Of a DNA stretch of 64,000 bases, positions 12,177 through 25,011 are shown in pieces; the first letter of the stretch is position 1; every line of letters starts with the position of its first letter. A model generated the notes under the pieces. That model made no database searches and was not told the origin of the DNA. It saw only the letters and a program-made list of their open reading frames with translations. The stretch is from Octopus sinensis (Eukaryota): positions 197,904,001 through 197,968,000 of the forward strand of contig NC_042997.1 of the NCBI RefSeq assembly GCF_006345805.1, in the 5' to 3' direction. A program made the position numbers and the translations under genes.

Positions 12177-12974
12177 GATACATGATTACGGCTTTTACCA
12201 AATCCAACTGCATCTTTACGACAATGTTACTGCCATTGCCATACTTATAATGGAATTCCTGTTTTTCATAGATATCGCACTTTAATATTTCTTACATGCT
12301 TGTTCATTTGCTATAAGCAAATGAATAATTTAAGATCTAACGTTCTGTCGTCCTCTGCACGTTAGAATCTAAATTGCTATATCCATGCCTTTAATTTTAT
12401 ACCTGCTGTTCAGAAGGTCTTCATGTCTTTCCATCTTTCATAAACTGGTTGTTCAGTTGTCATAACGTAGCAGAGTAAGATCCGTCTGGAGAGGAAGTCC
12501 TTGTTTCAAGATATATTTCAAAAAGATGGACGCATGTATTAAGAATGATGCGAGTGGAAGGTATCGAGCTGGTGTAGCCGATTCTGGGGAAAAAAGGGAA
12601 AATAACGGAAAAAATGGTATGAAAACAGCCGGCGGGTTGATTAGAACCCCGTACCTGATTTTTATATTATTTCGATTTTCCGATTTTTATTCATCTTCGA
12701 CTTTTATTATATTCACATTATTTATAATTTAAAAAAAAAACAAGGATTTCATTGTAACGAACTCTATGTTTTGTGGTGTCCATGTTCGTCATGTATAGAC
12801 AAAGAAACCAGTTGTCATAACGTAACACTTAATTTTAGATCTGATGTTTTTTGGGCCATTTTGAGTTTCTTGTAAGATTTGTTTTATATGACTTCGTTCC
12901 AAAGAAGCTAGAGACTACTGTAGCATAAGGGGTTACAAAGAAGAAAAAGAAAGGGCCTACAAATTCAAATGATA

Positions 12975-13190
12975 TCGATTAACAGAGAGATAAAAAGTCT
13001 AGAGGAAACCGAGACGATGGTTGTGAGTTCCAAAGAATAGCAGTTTGAGGAAAGAAGGTATTAGAATAAAAGAACTTATGACTAACAAGATGCTCAATAG
13101 AGAAACGATGCACCTGGAAGGGTAAGCTGTGACTCGTTAAATGTCTTGACAGAGGGTACAAGACCAGAAGCTTTATTAGAGGAATGACCA
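12975..13190 (-). mobile_element. LINE 3' fragment (CR1/L2/Jockey-type RT C-terminus)
   Basis: SHKFFYSNTFFPQTAILWNSQPSSRFP matches the SFFPRTxxLWNSLP terminal motif of these LINEs. Confidence 0.7.
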
Positions 13191-14367
13191 TAAAAATAGT
13201 TATAGGCAAGTCAGTCACGTTTGAAGGTTTTGCTTTATTTTGCAAATGGCTGATGGTATGTATTCTTTCATTAAAGAGCATCCTTCAAAGTTTATTGATA
13301 AGACAGTTATCTATGATTTTATTTTGTTCAGAAATCACCAAACAGTTGCTATTATGTTAAACTGTCGTATGTCCAAATTTGGTCAAATGCATTTTTTTCA
13401 GTATTTAATTAGCCCGTTCTTTGGATCAAACTAGCGTATCTCCAGCTGCTTCAGATGCCAAGATATGAAAGTTGTCGAAGTGTAGTACAAAGGTTTAGCA
13501 TTTTTCAAAGGTGTAGCAAGTCTTTCATATGAAAATTTTGCAAAAATATTTCTGACTAAAAATATCTGAAAATATCATACAAGCATTTTATGTACCCAAC
13601 AAAGTATTATTGTTAAGCTGAAACTGATGCTGATGTAAAAAGAAATGGATGGTGAAACTATTTTTTCGTTTTCTGAAAAATTAACGTTTTTGACTTACGA
13701 CACTTTTTGCATAATAGCAACGAATTATTGTTTAGAAAAGCGTTAGACTGAAAGAGTGAAAAATATTACACAATTAAGTTTGGTAGAATTCTTTGGAAAC
13801 TTCTGACAGGAGCAGTGACAGGAATGCTGGAACTGTGACTGCTTTTAAATTCTATTATAGTATAAGATTGACTGGAATCTTTTGTCACGATATTGGTCTA
13901 TAAAAATGAGGATTCCAAATCAACTAGATTGATTTACTTGAAATGCCATCTGTAAGAAATATTCAGTGATTATGTGAGTGAGAACCAGTGTTATAATGCT
14001 TTTGGATAAAGCACGAGTGATGCAAGATCTGATTGCTTTCTTAAAAGAAACCCCCAAAGCGGCAGGCTTCTTACTTGTAGGCGGATTAGAAGTTGACATT
14101 GCACAGAGAGACATTGGCAGAAATGTTATAGCGACCGACAAATTACGTTACTATCGTTAGTTTAGATTCTTTATTCTACGGGTTAAAATCCCGAAAATGT
14201 CAATACATACCCTTAAAATATATGGCCTCAATTAAAAATTAGTATTGTGGAGAGTTTATGGGATCAGTCTTGTGATGAAATTGAATTCTTCAGAGAAATG
14301 GAGGTGTTTTGAAGTAAGAAAGGGCAATTTAAATCATTACTTTAGCTTATGATTATACATTCTAAAA

Positions 14368-14575
14368 TACATTTCTACTCTAGGCACAAAGCCCGAAAAA
14401 TTTGGGGGAGGGAGGCCAGTCAATTAGATCGACCTCAGTACGCAGCTGGTACTTTATTTAACGACCCCGAAACGCAAAGTCGATCTCGGCAGAATTTGAA
14501 CTCAGGACGTAAAGACAGACGAAATACTGCTAAGCATTTTACTCGGCGTGCTAACAATTCGGCAAGCTCACCGCT
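14368..14575 (-). mobile_element. SINE family B
   Basis: Tail TTTCTACTCTAGGCACAAAGCCC through head CGTGCTAACAATTCGGCAAGCTCACCGC. Confidence 0.85.
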
Positions 14576-14621
14576 TTATACATTCTAAAATATTGTATAT
14601 CAGGAACCTTAAAGTTAATTA

Positions 14622-14845
14622 TTGGTTTCAAATTTTGATACAAGGCCAGTAACTTTGGGGAAGGAGGTAAGTCAATTACATCGACCCCTGCCCCCGGTAC
14701 TCAACTGGCACTTATTTTATCGACCCCGAAAGAATGAAAGCGAAGTTTACCTCGGCGGAATTTGAATTCAGAATGTAAAGGCGGACGAAATACCGATAAG
14801 TATTTGTCCCCGCATGCTAGCAATTCCGTCAACTCATCGTCTTAA
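14622..14845 (-). mobile_element. SINE family B, older subfamily
   Basis: TTGGTTTCAAATTTTGATACAAGGCC tail; ATCGACCCCGAAAGAATGAAAG core. Confidence 0.75.
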
Positions 14846-15489
14846 GTCATAAAGTTAATTATTATTATTATTACTTTTTGTTTTGCAACAGTGGCGTGGC
14901 AGAGACAGTAGAGAAAACGGGCGAAATGTGCCGCAGCATTTAATTATAATACATTACATATCGTGTTCAAATTCAGCAGAAGTAATCTCTTTTTATCTCC
15001 TAACCAGGAAGGAAGACAGTGCCCTTGACCCTGCACAAGGTCTCCAGAGAAGAATGGAGATATTCTCAAATCAAAGACATGGCCTGAAAATTTGCAAAAG
15101 AGTGCGTTTTGCTAAAAAACATGGAAGGTATCAGGCGGTGGTTGTAAGCAGCGACAGGTTCTGCTAATTATTCAAATGATCTTAATTCATGGCAAAATTT
15201 CAACTAAGAACACAAGAAAGCTTTAACAAATCCAACCAGATTGTATTAGTTCCAAAATCCTTGCAGTTCCGCTGATCTTCTGTCCTTTCTTCCCGACCCC
15301 GAAAGGACAAAATTCAATGGTGACCTCAGTGAGATTTGAGCTCAGAGAGTCGTTAGGGACAAATAACTCGAGAAAGTCTATCCGATGCTCAAATGATTCT
15401 GCGAGTTTGCAGCTTATTACATGTGTCCCTTCCAGAAATTATAAAATAAGTACCTTGTTGTAACGTACTTTGTTACGTACAATAAATAA

Positions 15490-16100
15490 GATTTGTCGAC
15501 AAATCTTTCTGCCTGTTCACTTGACCTTGAGTGGTAAGGTGGGGTAAAGAAAGATGTGCTTTATGATATGTAATTTGCAGAAATTTCTTAATTCATATCC
15601 TATGAATTGTGTCCCATTATCTGAAACTTACGTGTCTGGAATACCGTATCAAGCAAATAACTCAAGTAGGAACTTTATTGCTGTCTTTGCTGTGGGTTTA
15701 TTACATCTGCACACCTCTGGCCATTTTGTATAGCTATCCACTACGATTAGATAGTATGCACTGGTCCAGCGTACTCAATATATGTCCTGGACCATGGGCT
15801 CTCATTTCGCGTAATCCACATTTTCAATGATTTCGTTTTTTTCCAATTTGTCCAGCTCATCGTCCACTTGCTTTATTGCCGAAAAATCAATTTTCCTATT
15901 TGGCTTGAACTCAGGAGTAACGTTATCATATAATTCAAAACACCCTTCAGTTTTTGTGCATAGGCCTAATTTATCCGATATTACTTGCGGAAACATTTAA
16001 AAAGATTTCTCTTTATCTTTTTACTATAGAGATTTATGGGACCACCCCATGGGTGTTCCCATAATTCTCTATACTTGTAACATTTCCACATTCGGAAAAT
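15490..16100 (-). mobile_element. Ty3/Gypsy pol remnant: RT N-terminus fused to integrase core
   Basis: FPQVISDKLGLCTKTEGCFELYDNVTPEFKPNRKIDFSAIKQVDDELDKLEKNEIIENVDY (pre-RT region) runs directly into PWSRTYIEYAGP..YLIVVDSYTKWPEV..LFA*YGIPDT*VSDNGTQF..PPYHSRSSEQAERFVD (DDE integrase). Confidence 0.9.
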
Positions 16101-16314
16101 GCTTACAATAGTAAGCCACCAAATTAATATGAAGAATGTTTATTAGAAATCTGACTTTGGAACCCGCCAAAGTAAAGGATGAAATAGAACTCAACCTTTT
16201 CTCACATTTATATATATATATATATTTCTCCCTCTATACATACATATATGCATGTATGTATGTATGTATCTATCAATCTAAATATATATATATGTATCTC
16301 TATCTCGCTCTCTG

Positions 16315-16396
<82 letters not shown>

Positions 16397-16399
<3 letters not shown>

Positions 16400-16566
16400 A
16401 GAGTTCACGAAAAAAAAACAAAAGACGAAGACAGGTGGTGTACAAAACAAACAGGTGTATTAGTATAACGCTCAGGAATAGAAAAAGTCTTTTACGTTTC
16501 GAGCCTACGTTCTTCTACAGAAAGGGACAAAGAAAAAACAAGGAGAGGAAAAAATGTGTGTAGTGG

Positions 16567-16570
<4 letters not shown>
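16397..16570 (-). mobile_element. Family E repeat with HHR-like motif at 16489-16524
   Basis: Minus strand CUUU-CUGUAGA-A-GAAC(guag)GCUC-GAAAC-GUA|AAAG; embedded between (TA)n tracts. Confidence 0.7.
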
Positions 16571-16620
<50 letters not shown>

Positions 16621-16949
16621 TACATATATATAATTCATTTAAACTGAAGAAACCTTGCTGCACGGAACATCTCGCTGCAGTGTTTACCTCTATGCTCGAT
16701 GACTTAAGTTGAAATCGATAAAATAAGAACTATTGATTTTACTGGTATTGATTTAATCGATTACGTTGTTATCCCGCTAATTTGTCGTTTCTTGCAGAAC
16801 TTTCTTTCCACTTAGTTGTTGGACCAACAAAAAAATATCCAAGTAGCCACTCAATCGTACAAAAAATACCAGCCAACCATCATATTCAGTATATATATAT
16901 ATATATATACACATGCATACATACAAACATACATATATATATATATATT

Positions 16950-17003
<54 letters not shown>

Positions 17004-17861
17004 ACATACACTGCTTTATTTTGAGATTGCTAATGTAAACAACACTCGCGAATATAATACAGACTGGAGTTGTAGTGCTCCAAGTGAGCTATATTCCGCT
17101 TAATAATCTGAATGGGGGCAATGCAAGCAGAAACTAGAGGAACATAATTAATACCCACACTCAAAATCAAATATATGCATATCTTCTTCTACATTTATAA
17201 AACGGATATAAAAATCCCAAATATATAAATATAAAATACATATAAATAGATAAATATTGATATATAAAACAAAGTGAAGTTTAGATTTAAAACTTATAAT
17301 ACAATGGTGTAATAAAAATTTGGCGTGATAAAACATTAAAAGGACATACTAAAATACTACGAAAATATTACAAACATTTAAAAATTCTATCTGTAGGCCG
17401 TTTCAGAGACGTGCCAAGTAATATGGTATATTTCGTATTTTTAAAACTGACACTCCCCTCGTCAGGATGTTTTAACACAGTGTTTTTTTCTGTATTTGAT
17501 TTTTCTATATACAGCGTATCAATCACTCATCGGCATCTCAAAGATATTAATGTTTTTTGTCAAATTGCTTAGATTTCATATCCTACGAGCTTTAGATCAC
17601 GAATAACAAAAACGATGTGACCTCTTATGCACTGTACAAAACAAACGTCACATTTTGAACTTGAGAGAAATTTTGTATATTCTTATATATTCCGCTTACA
17701 AATTGTGTTTGTAACGAGTGTGTTACCTTGTTGATTTCTCTTTCTGTAAGCCTTAATTGTCTCAATGATCATTTTAGACATTTACTCACAAACCCAAGTG
17801 CACTGGTTGTTCCTAGAAGAAACCTATCTTGAAATTTTGTATGTAAACGAGCAGCGAACAG

Positions 17862-18280
17862 GGACAATCGTTAGCACGCCAAGCAAAACGCATAGCGGTA
17901 TTCTGGCAGAAACGTTAGCACACTGGGCGAAATGTTTTGCGGTATTTTGTCTGCTGCTACGTTCTGAGTTCAAATTCCGCCGAGGTCGACTTTGCCTTTC
18001 ATCCTTTCGGGGTCGATTAAATACGTACCAGTTACGCACTGGGGTCGATATAATCGACTTAATCCGTTTGTCTGTTCTTGTTTGTCCTCTCTGTGTTTAG
18101 CCCCCTGTAGGTAGTAAAGAAATAAGCATTCTGTCCGTCTTTAAGGTTGGAGTTCAAATTCCATTGAGGTCGACTTTGTCTTTCATCCTTTCGGGGTCGA
18201 TATAATAAGTGGCAGTTGAATGCTAGGGTGCATATAATCTTCATTCCCGCTCCCCCGAACTTGCTGTCTTTTTGGCAAAA
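17862..18280 (+). mobile_element. SINE family B composite (duplicated head plus dimer)
   Basis: Two ATCGTTAGCAC/ACGTTAGCAC heads, core, tail GTAGTAAAGAAATAAGCATT, then a second core. Confidence 0.85.
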
Positions 18281-18539
18281 TTTCAAAAGAATATTTTGTA
18301 TGTATGCAAATATACATGTATGCATGTATGTGTATAAGAGTTTCCTTGAGAAACATTTAAATTCCTTATGGATTTCAAGCCAGCTGATAACTAAGTGACC
18401 GGGCTTTTTGATTTAAGACAGTTCCAGGTACTTCTAAATAGGTAGTTCAGTTAGTTTGTGCCTTTATGTATATGTGTATGAATTTTACATATGCACATCG
18501 TCAAGTCTGTGCATATATTCATTTCAAGAATGCACGTGT

Positions 18540-18686
18540 ATTCTGCTTTATGGTTAAACGCTTTGATATTATTGCTAGCTTCACTAAGTGGCCATAAACC
18601 AAATTATCGGTATGTGATCGATTCGGCAATTAAAGTTTATTTTGATTTCTTTTCGAGACTTAAGCTAGAATGTATACATAATGGAT
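18540..18686 (+). repeat. 147-bp direct duplication, copy 1
   Basis: ATTCTGCTTTATGGTTAAACGC...GTATACATAATGGAT is nearly identical to 21199-21344. Confidence 0.9.
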
Positions 18687-21198
18687 ATATATATATATAT
18701 GTGTATGTATGTATGTATGTATGTATGTATGTGTGTAATGATAGATAGCTAGATAGATTAAACAAATTTATAGATAGGTAAATAGATATCGATATATATA
18801 TACACACATAATGTCTGAATATTTCTGTATAAATTACTAAGATGAAATATTTCTCAGTCAGTAGATGACATGTTAACTCTATTTTTGTATCGGGATTTGA
18901 GTTTTGAACTTCACACTACTTCTAAACAATTTCGAAAAGCACTCTGATAGCATAATTACGATGTGGATAATAACTACACCTAGTAAGCAACAAGATGAAG
19001 AACAGTCTTTTTTATACCTGATATTTTATTCTAATTTAAATGTTTTTGTTAAAAAAGTAAAAAGAAAAAAGAAAAAGAAAACTCCTGGATTAAGACGTAG
19101 TTTGTTATCAGAAATGGCTTTTATCCTGTCTGTTAGTCGGAGGCCGTCATGATTATTTTAAAACGATTTATAGCTATTTTAGTATCGGAACATAAAACGA
19201 AGAAACGCAACACTTCAAAAGTGTCGGTCCAGATTTAACTTAAAAACTAAATAAATCCTAGCCATCGTCTTTAATGAATCAAAGATATAACTTTTAAGAA
19301 ATCTTAGATCATTTGTTTTGTTTATCGTCTCAAGTTGACAGTTCTCTCTCAATTATGTATCAGATGCTTGTCGCAATGTATCGTAGTTATCTCTTTAATA
19401 ACCAGGCTTATATATCTGCTGCTGGTGGAGTCAGTGGTTCGTATCACGTTCATGCGACGCTCTAACCAACTGATAGAGCTAGATATCATAGCTAAAGGAC
19501 GTAGAATTGGTAAATATTTGTCGTTGCTATTGTTGTTTTGCCTCAAGGTTAGTCTCCTTGAAGTTGACAGGATTAACGGTAAATCAATCGAGGCTGTTCG
19601 ATCTTTTGTTGCATGTTCAATAGATCAATTTTCAAAAGAGAAAATAGTATGATTTGTGAAAGATTTTGCTGCCATTTTTATAGAATAGACGGCCAATTAA
19701 TTAGAGGCTCTTTCGTTGACAGACTGGTCAGCAAATATCTCTTTATGTCCGTAGAAAGAGAAATGTCAACGATTCACTCTTATTCTCATACGTAAATATT
19801 ACAGTAAGTCTTCTATTCTTTGCCAATGACCCGATATGTTAGACAGTATTATTAGCCATTAATGTATTAAATTAAAGGCTTTTATAGGCTTTAGATTATA
19901 AGTTCGGGCTATAGAACAAAGTTTATTCCCCCAAGAAGCGAAATCTCACTCTTCGGAAAGACTCATTCACCAAATGATATGTTCTACTGGGGTTGCAGGA
20001 TATAAGGCTCTCCTTCTTCCCCACAGTATAATGTATATTCCATTATTTGAACTCTTTTTAGCATTTACTGACTTGGATCATCAATAGTTTCTTCGTACTT
20101 CATTACTTTAGAACTACAGTGGGTGACAAAATCGCATGTTGCCTCACAAAGAAAACCTTTTGGGTGTTTGACTCAAATTTCCTTAGAGAGAGAGAAATTA
20201 AGGGATGTCCATCAGAACTTTATCCGAAATGTGTCAAGTGTTATTTCGGGTACCACAAGGTACCATATTGCAACGGTTTTCTTCCACTTTTCTCCTCATG
20301 TAGTTGGGTGTGTTAAAATGCCCAATTTTCTAAGCTCAACAATTACGATTAAATAACTAACACATTTCCTTCATATTACTGATGAAACATCTAAACGCCA
20401 TTATAAACGCTGTACCATACCATAAGTGAAGATCTCTTAGCTAATACTTAACATAAACAAACCTGTCCCACATAAATTAACAGCTACGAACTCTCTTCAA
20501 GGCAAAGGTGGCACCTATAATGGTGCACCGTTGCTACATCTGAGATAGTGCAATTAAACACCTACATGCACTATTATCAGCCCTCTGTTCATAAACAGTT
20601 TTGGATTTAAAGGCATAAAGGACAGAATTGCTATCGAAAAGACCACCGAATAATCGTTTTTCTTCGAATGTTCAAAGAAGATTTCTCAATATATTCTTTA
20701 CAAGTGTGTTTACCAGGAAATTTAGTTCTATGCAATAATCGCGCTGCTACATTCACATGGATATCAGAATGGTAGAAAAGATATTGTATCCCATTAATAT
20801 AAGAGGATAATATTTGTAGTATCATATTAAATATATTAATATATCAAATATGGCAAAAATGGAAATGATAAGAAAATCGAGGTCTTTTTTATTGACTTCT
20901 ATAATATTCAGAAAAAAGGAGTATTCGTGAATTCTATAAAGTTTCCTTATAAAACATTAGAGATTTGGTAAATATATGAACTGTAAATCCAATAAACATG
21001 GAACCGTTTTAGATTATCCTGTAGATAAAGAAAGAATAAGTTTCCGCGTAAAATTCTTGCCACAGTTCTTTACACAAACAATTATATGCAAACAGTTGGG
21101 ATGTTTTAAATATCAATACATTTTAAAGGTTTGGTACTTTCAGTAGAATTGTGTCACAATCAATAATAGCACGAGGTCTCTGGTCATCTTGAAGAGAA

Positions 21199-21344
21199 AT
21201 TCTGCTTTATGGTTAAACGCTCTGATATCATTGCTAGCTTCACTAACTGGCCATAAACCAAATTATCGGTATGTGATCGATTCGGCAATTAAGTTTATTT
21301 TGATTTCTTTTCGAGACTTAAGCTGGAATGTATACATAATGGAT
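21199..21344 (+). repeat. 147-bp direct duplication, copy 2
   Basis: About 5 differences from 18540-18686. Confidence 0.9.
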
Positions 21345-21672
21345 GGCATCGATCTTGCAAATTTATAAAGGAACATACTTTTGACAATACTGTGTAAATC
21401 TGATAATTCTACAGTAAATCTAATGCGTATTGTAGTCACTAAAATATAATTTGATGCATTACATTAAACATGGTGTTCATGCATTCAATAAGATTTTGAG
21501 CCTTTATATTTTCAACAATATATTTATATATCACGGCGGGGTTTTATGTTTGATTTTGCCGCTAATTTTTTTTAATTCGTATAGAATGCTTTTTGTGCTG
21601 TTTTTCACGATAGATTTGTCTCGGGTTCGTAATATTATCAGGGAGAAACTATTCTTAATATTGGTTTCGAAT

Positions 21673-22269
21673 TTAGGCGATGAGCTGGCAGAAGCGTTAG
21701 CACGCCAACCGAAATGCTTAGCTGTATTTCGTCCACTTTTACGTTCTGAGTTCAAATTCCGCCGTGGTCGACTTTGCCTTTCATCCTTTCGGGATCGATT
21801 AAATAAGTACCAGTTACGCACTGGAGTCGATGTAATCGACTTAACCTGTTTGTCTGTCCTTGTTTGTCCCCTCTGTGTTTAGCCCCTTGTGGGTAGTAAA
21901 GAAATAGGTATTCCGTCCAGCTTTAATTTTGGAGTTCAAATTCCATTAAGGTCGACTTTGCCTTTGATCCTTTCGTGCTCGATAAATTAAGTACCAGATA
22001 CATACTAGGGTTGATCTAATCGACTGACTCCCTCCTCCAAAATTTCGGGCCTCTCGGCTGGAGTAGAAAAGAAACGTTAGCACGCCGGGCAATATGCTTA
22101 GCGGTATTTCGTCTGCGGCTACGTTCCGAGCTCATATTCCACCGAGATCGACTTTGCCTTTCATCCTTTCAGGGTCGATAAATTAAGTAGCAGTTAAGTA
22201 CTGGCGTCGATCTAATCGACTGGGTCTCTCCCACCAAACATTTCGGGCCTTGTGTCTAGAGTAGAAAAG
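21673..22269 (+). mobile_element. SINE family B trimer with 16-bp TSD
   Basis: Three cores; AATATTGGTTTCGAAT at both 21657-21672 and 22270-22285. Confidence 0.85.
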
Positions 22270-22285
22270 AATATTGGTTTCGAAT

Positions 22286-22420
22286 ATTGGCACAAGGCCG
22301 ACAAATGCGTGGGAGAGGATACGTCGCTTACATTTTATCGACCATAAAAGGATGAAAGGCAAATCGACTTCGGTGGAATTTGAAACCAGAACGGACGAGA
22401 TGCCGGTAAGCATTTTCCCC
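22286..22420 (-). mobile_element. SINE family B, older copy
   Basis: GGCACAAGGCC tail and AAAGGATGAAAGGCAAATCGACTTCGGTGGAATTTGAA core. Confidence 0.7.
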
Positions 22421-22953
22421 GTTTGTCAGCTCGTCCCCTGAAGGTAGTTCTTATTATCGATTTCTAAAATTAATGTCTTATTTATCACCTTCGAAAGGAT
22501 GAAATGCAAGGTTGAGCGTGACGGGATTCGAAATAAACATGACGGTACAAAATATTATAAAGCAGTTTGTCCGATGCTCTACAGATTCTGTCACTTGGTT
22601 TCATTCCACTATTTTTAATGTAAATAAATAAAGGTCAAGACTATTGAAAAGGATGCAAGATGCAACGAAAATTTTAGAAAAATAAGAAATAAGTGGAAAT
22701 TTTACCGGTGAGTGTGTTAATGATTCTTCCCAGACACAACAAATTAACGGTTCTGTTATACTTTTACAAGAAGAGTGCTGACAATGACTTCGAGATTCCG
22801 TAATTTCGAAGTTTCGACCTGCTAGACAACATCGGACTGTCCGTTGAAAGCCAGCAGACTGAAACCACGAAATCACTTCGTCTAATTGTATAACAAATGT
22901 GTAGTCTACAAAGAGTAGTGAGCAATTGATTAGTTTAATGTAAAAGTGTTTTT

Positions 22954-23230
22954 ATTCTGTTGTGTCTGGGGAGAGTCATTTTCTTTTTGTGCCTTATTAT
23001 GTAACACATTCGCCGGTAAAATTTCCACTTTTTTCTTATTTTTATTGTCCTAAAATTTTCGTTGCGTCTTGCAACCTTTTCAATAGTTTTGACTCTGTCC
23101 GTTCCCTTTTGTTTGTTTCAAACAAAAATTTTAGGGCAATAAAAATAAGAAAAAAGTGGAAATTTTACCGGTGAGTGTGTTACATAATAAGGCACAAAAA
23201 GAAAATGACTCTCCCCAGACGCAACAGAAT
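22954..23230. repeat. Inverted repeat, 106-bp arms, 65-bp spacer (third related copy at 22632-22742)
   Basis: ATTCTGTTGTGTCTGGGGAGAGTC...AAAATTTT (22954-23059) pairs with AAAATTTT...GACTCTCCCCAGACGCAACAGAAT (23125-23230). Confidence 0.9.
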
Positions 23231-23855
23231 ATGCTTCAACACACGAACTCATATAAAGAATCTTGCAAACTAAATCTAAAAACGAAATGTTTTTATTATA
23301 ACTCGACATAAAAACAAACATTAATATGAATAAATGTTCTTGCAATTTCATTGATCGTGTGATAAGGAGAGATATGATACTAAAGAAATGATCTTCTTGT
23401 TCGGAAGTAGCATGTGATACACCATTAGAGTCATATCAATACAAGTTCGAACATAATTTATTTTTATATCCATATTCAAATTTTAATTCTTACATTAAGT
23501 AGTTACCGTACCATGGCGCTGCTATTACCTTCGCTTGGCGAATACCTAGTCAAGCATTTTGGAAGATTTGTTTGTGTAAAGCTGAAGAAAAAAAGATAGT
23601 TCCGGAGCTAATCTGAAAGGCTTCAGTGGACTTAATTTGGAAAAAGAAAAATCTTTCCATTTTTATGTTTCAGACGAGACCATTCTGGGGCAACAGCTTT
23701 CAGCGTTCAAATTAAACAAATCAACCTTAGAACTTATTTATAAAAAAAATCTGGTACTTATTGTATCATCATTCTTCTCAAACCGGGAATGTGCGGAAAC
23801 GTAAACAAATCAGCGGTTGTTGTCATGTGGCCGTGGTGGTGGGAAGAAACACAAA

Positions 23856-23897
<42 letters not shown>

Positions 23898-23945
23898 TCC
23901 CTACACATACATATGTGTGTATGTATAAATATATAAAAGTATATA

Positions 23946-24362
23946 GGGCGGCGAACTGGCAGAATCGTTAGCACGCCGGGCGAAATGCGTAGCCTTACTT
24001 CGTCTGCCGTTACGTTCTGAGTTCAAATTCCGCCGAGGTCGACTTTGCCTTTCATCCTTTCGGGGTCGATTAATTAAGTACCAGTTATGTACTGGGGTCG
24101 ATATAATCGACTTAATCCGTTTGTCTGTCCTTGTTTGTTTTCTCTGTGTTTAGCCTTTTCTGGGCAGTAAAGAAATAAGTATTTCGCCTGCCTCTACGTT
24201 CTGAGTTCAAATTCCGCCGAGGTCGACTTTGGCTTTCATCCTTTCGGGGTCGATTAAATAAGTACCAGTTACGTACTGAAGTTTGATGCAATCGACTTAA
24301 TCCCTTTGTCTGTCCTTGTTTGTCCCCTCTACGTTTAGCTCCCTGTGTGAAATAAAGAAATA
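23946..24362 (+). mobile_element. SINE family B dimer
   Basis: GGCGGCGAACTGGCAGAATCG head; junction AAAGAAATAAGTATTTCGCCTG; two cores and two tails. Confidence 0.9.
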
Positions 24363-24404
24363 AAAAAAAATATATATATATGTATGTATAGATACACACA
24401 CATA

Positions 24405-24550
24405 TGTACGATGAGATTCCGCACAGTTTCTCACAAAGTATTGGTTGGCTAGGGGCTAAAGTAGAAGACACTTTCCAAAGTTGTCGCATGCTGGAACTGA
24501 ACTCAAAACCAGGTGGTTGTGAAGTGAACTCTTACCCACACATCTACGTT
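24405..24550 (-). mobile_element. Old SINE family A 5' half
   Basis: AGTAGAAGACACTTTCCAAAG..GGAACTGAACTC..ACCAGGTGGTTG is a diverged reverse copy. Confidence 0.55.
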
Positions 24551-24597
24551 CTGCACCAAGCTACGTCAACAATGCATTTAAACATTCCTAGGTATAT

Positions 24598-24814
24598 ACT
24601 CTTTTACTCTTTTACTTGTTTTAGTCAAACTGCCGCCATGCTGGAGCACCACCTTTAGTCGAGCAAATCGACCCCGGGACTTATTCTTTGTAAGCCTAGT
24701 ACTTATTCTTTCGGTCTCTATTGCCGAACCGCTAAGTTACGGGGACGTAAACACACCAGTATCGGTTATCAATCGGTGTTGGGGGGACAAACACAGACAC
24801 ACAAACACAGACAG

Positions 24815-24847
<33 letters not shown>

Positions 24848-25011
24848 CGACGAGCTTCTTTCAGTTTCCGTCTACCAAATCCACTCACAAGGCTTTGGTC
24901 GGCCCGAGGCTATAGTAGAAGACACTTGCCCAAGGTGTCACGCAGTGGAACTGAACCCGGAACCATGTGGTTGGGAAGTAAGCTACTTACCACACAGCCA
25001 CTCCTGCGCCT
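24598..25011 (-). mobile_element. SINE family A, full length
   Basis: (CTTTTA)n tail to CACAGCCACTCCTGCGCCT head; internal (CA)n/(TA)n. Confidence 0.92.

Noticed and set aside
13300-14200. Coding-like decayed sequence on the minus strand
   Set aside because: It may be another retroelement remnant, but no motif could be assigned.
23578-23630. CTGAAGA...hairpin...GAAAG motif
   Set aside because: No stem I, and five unpaired A residues separate the core from the hairpin.
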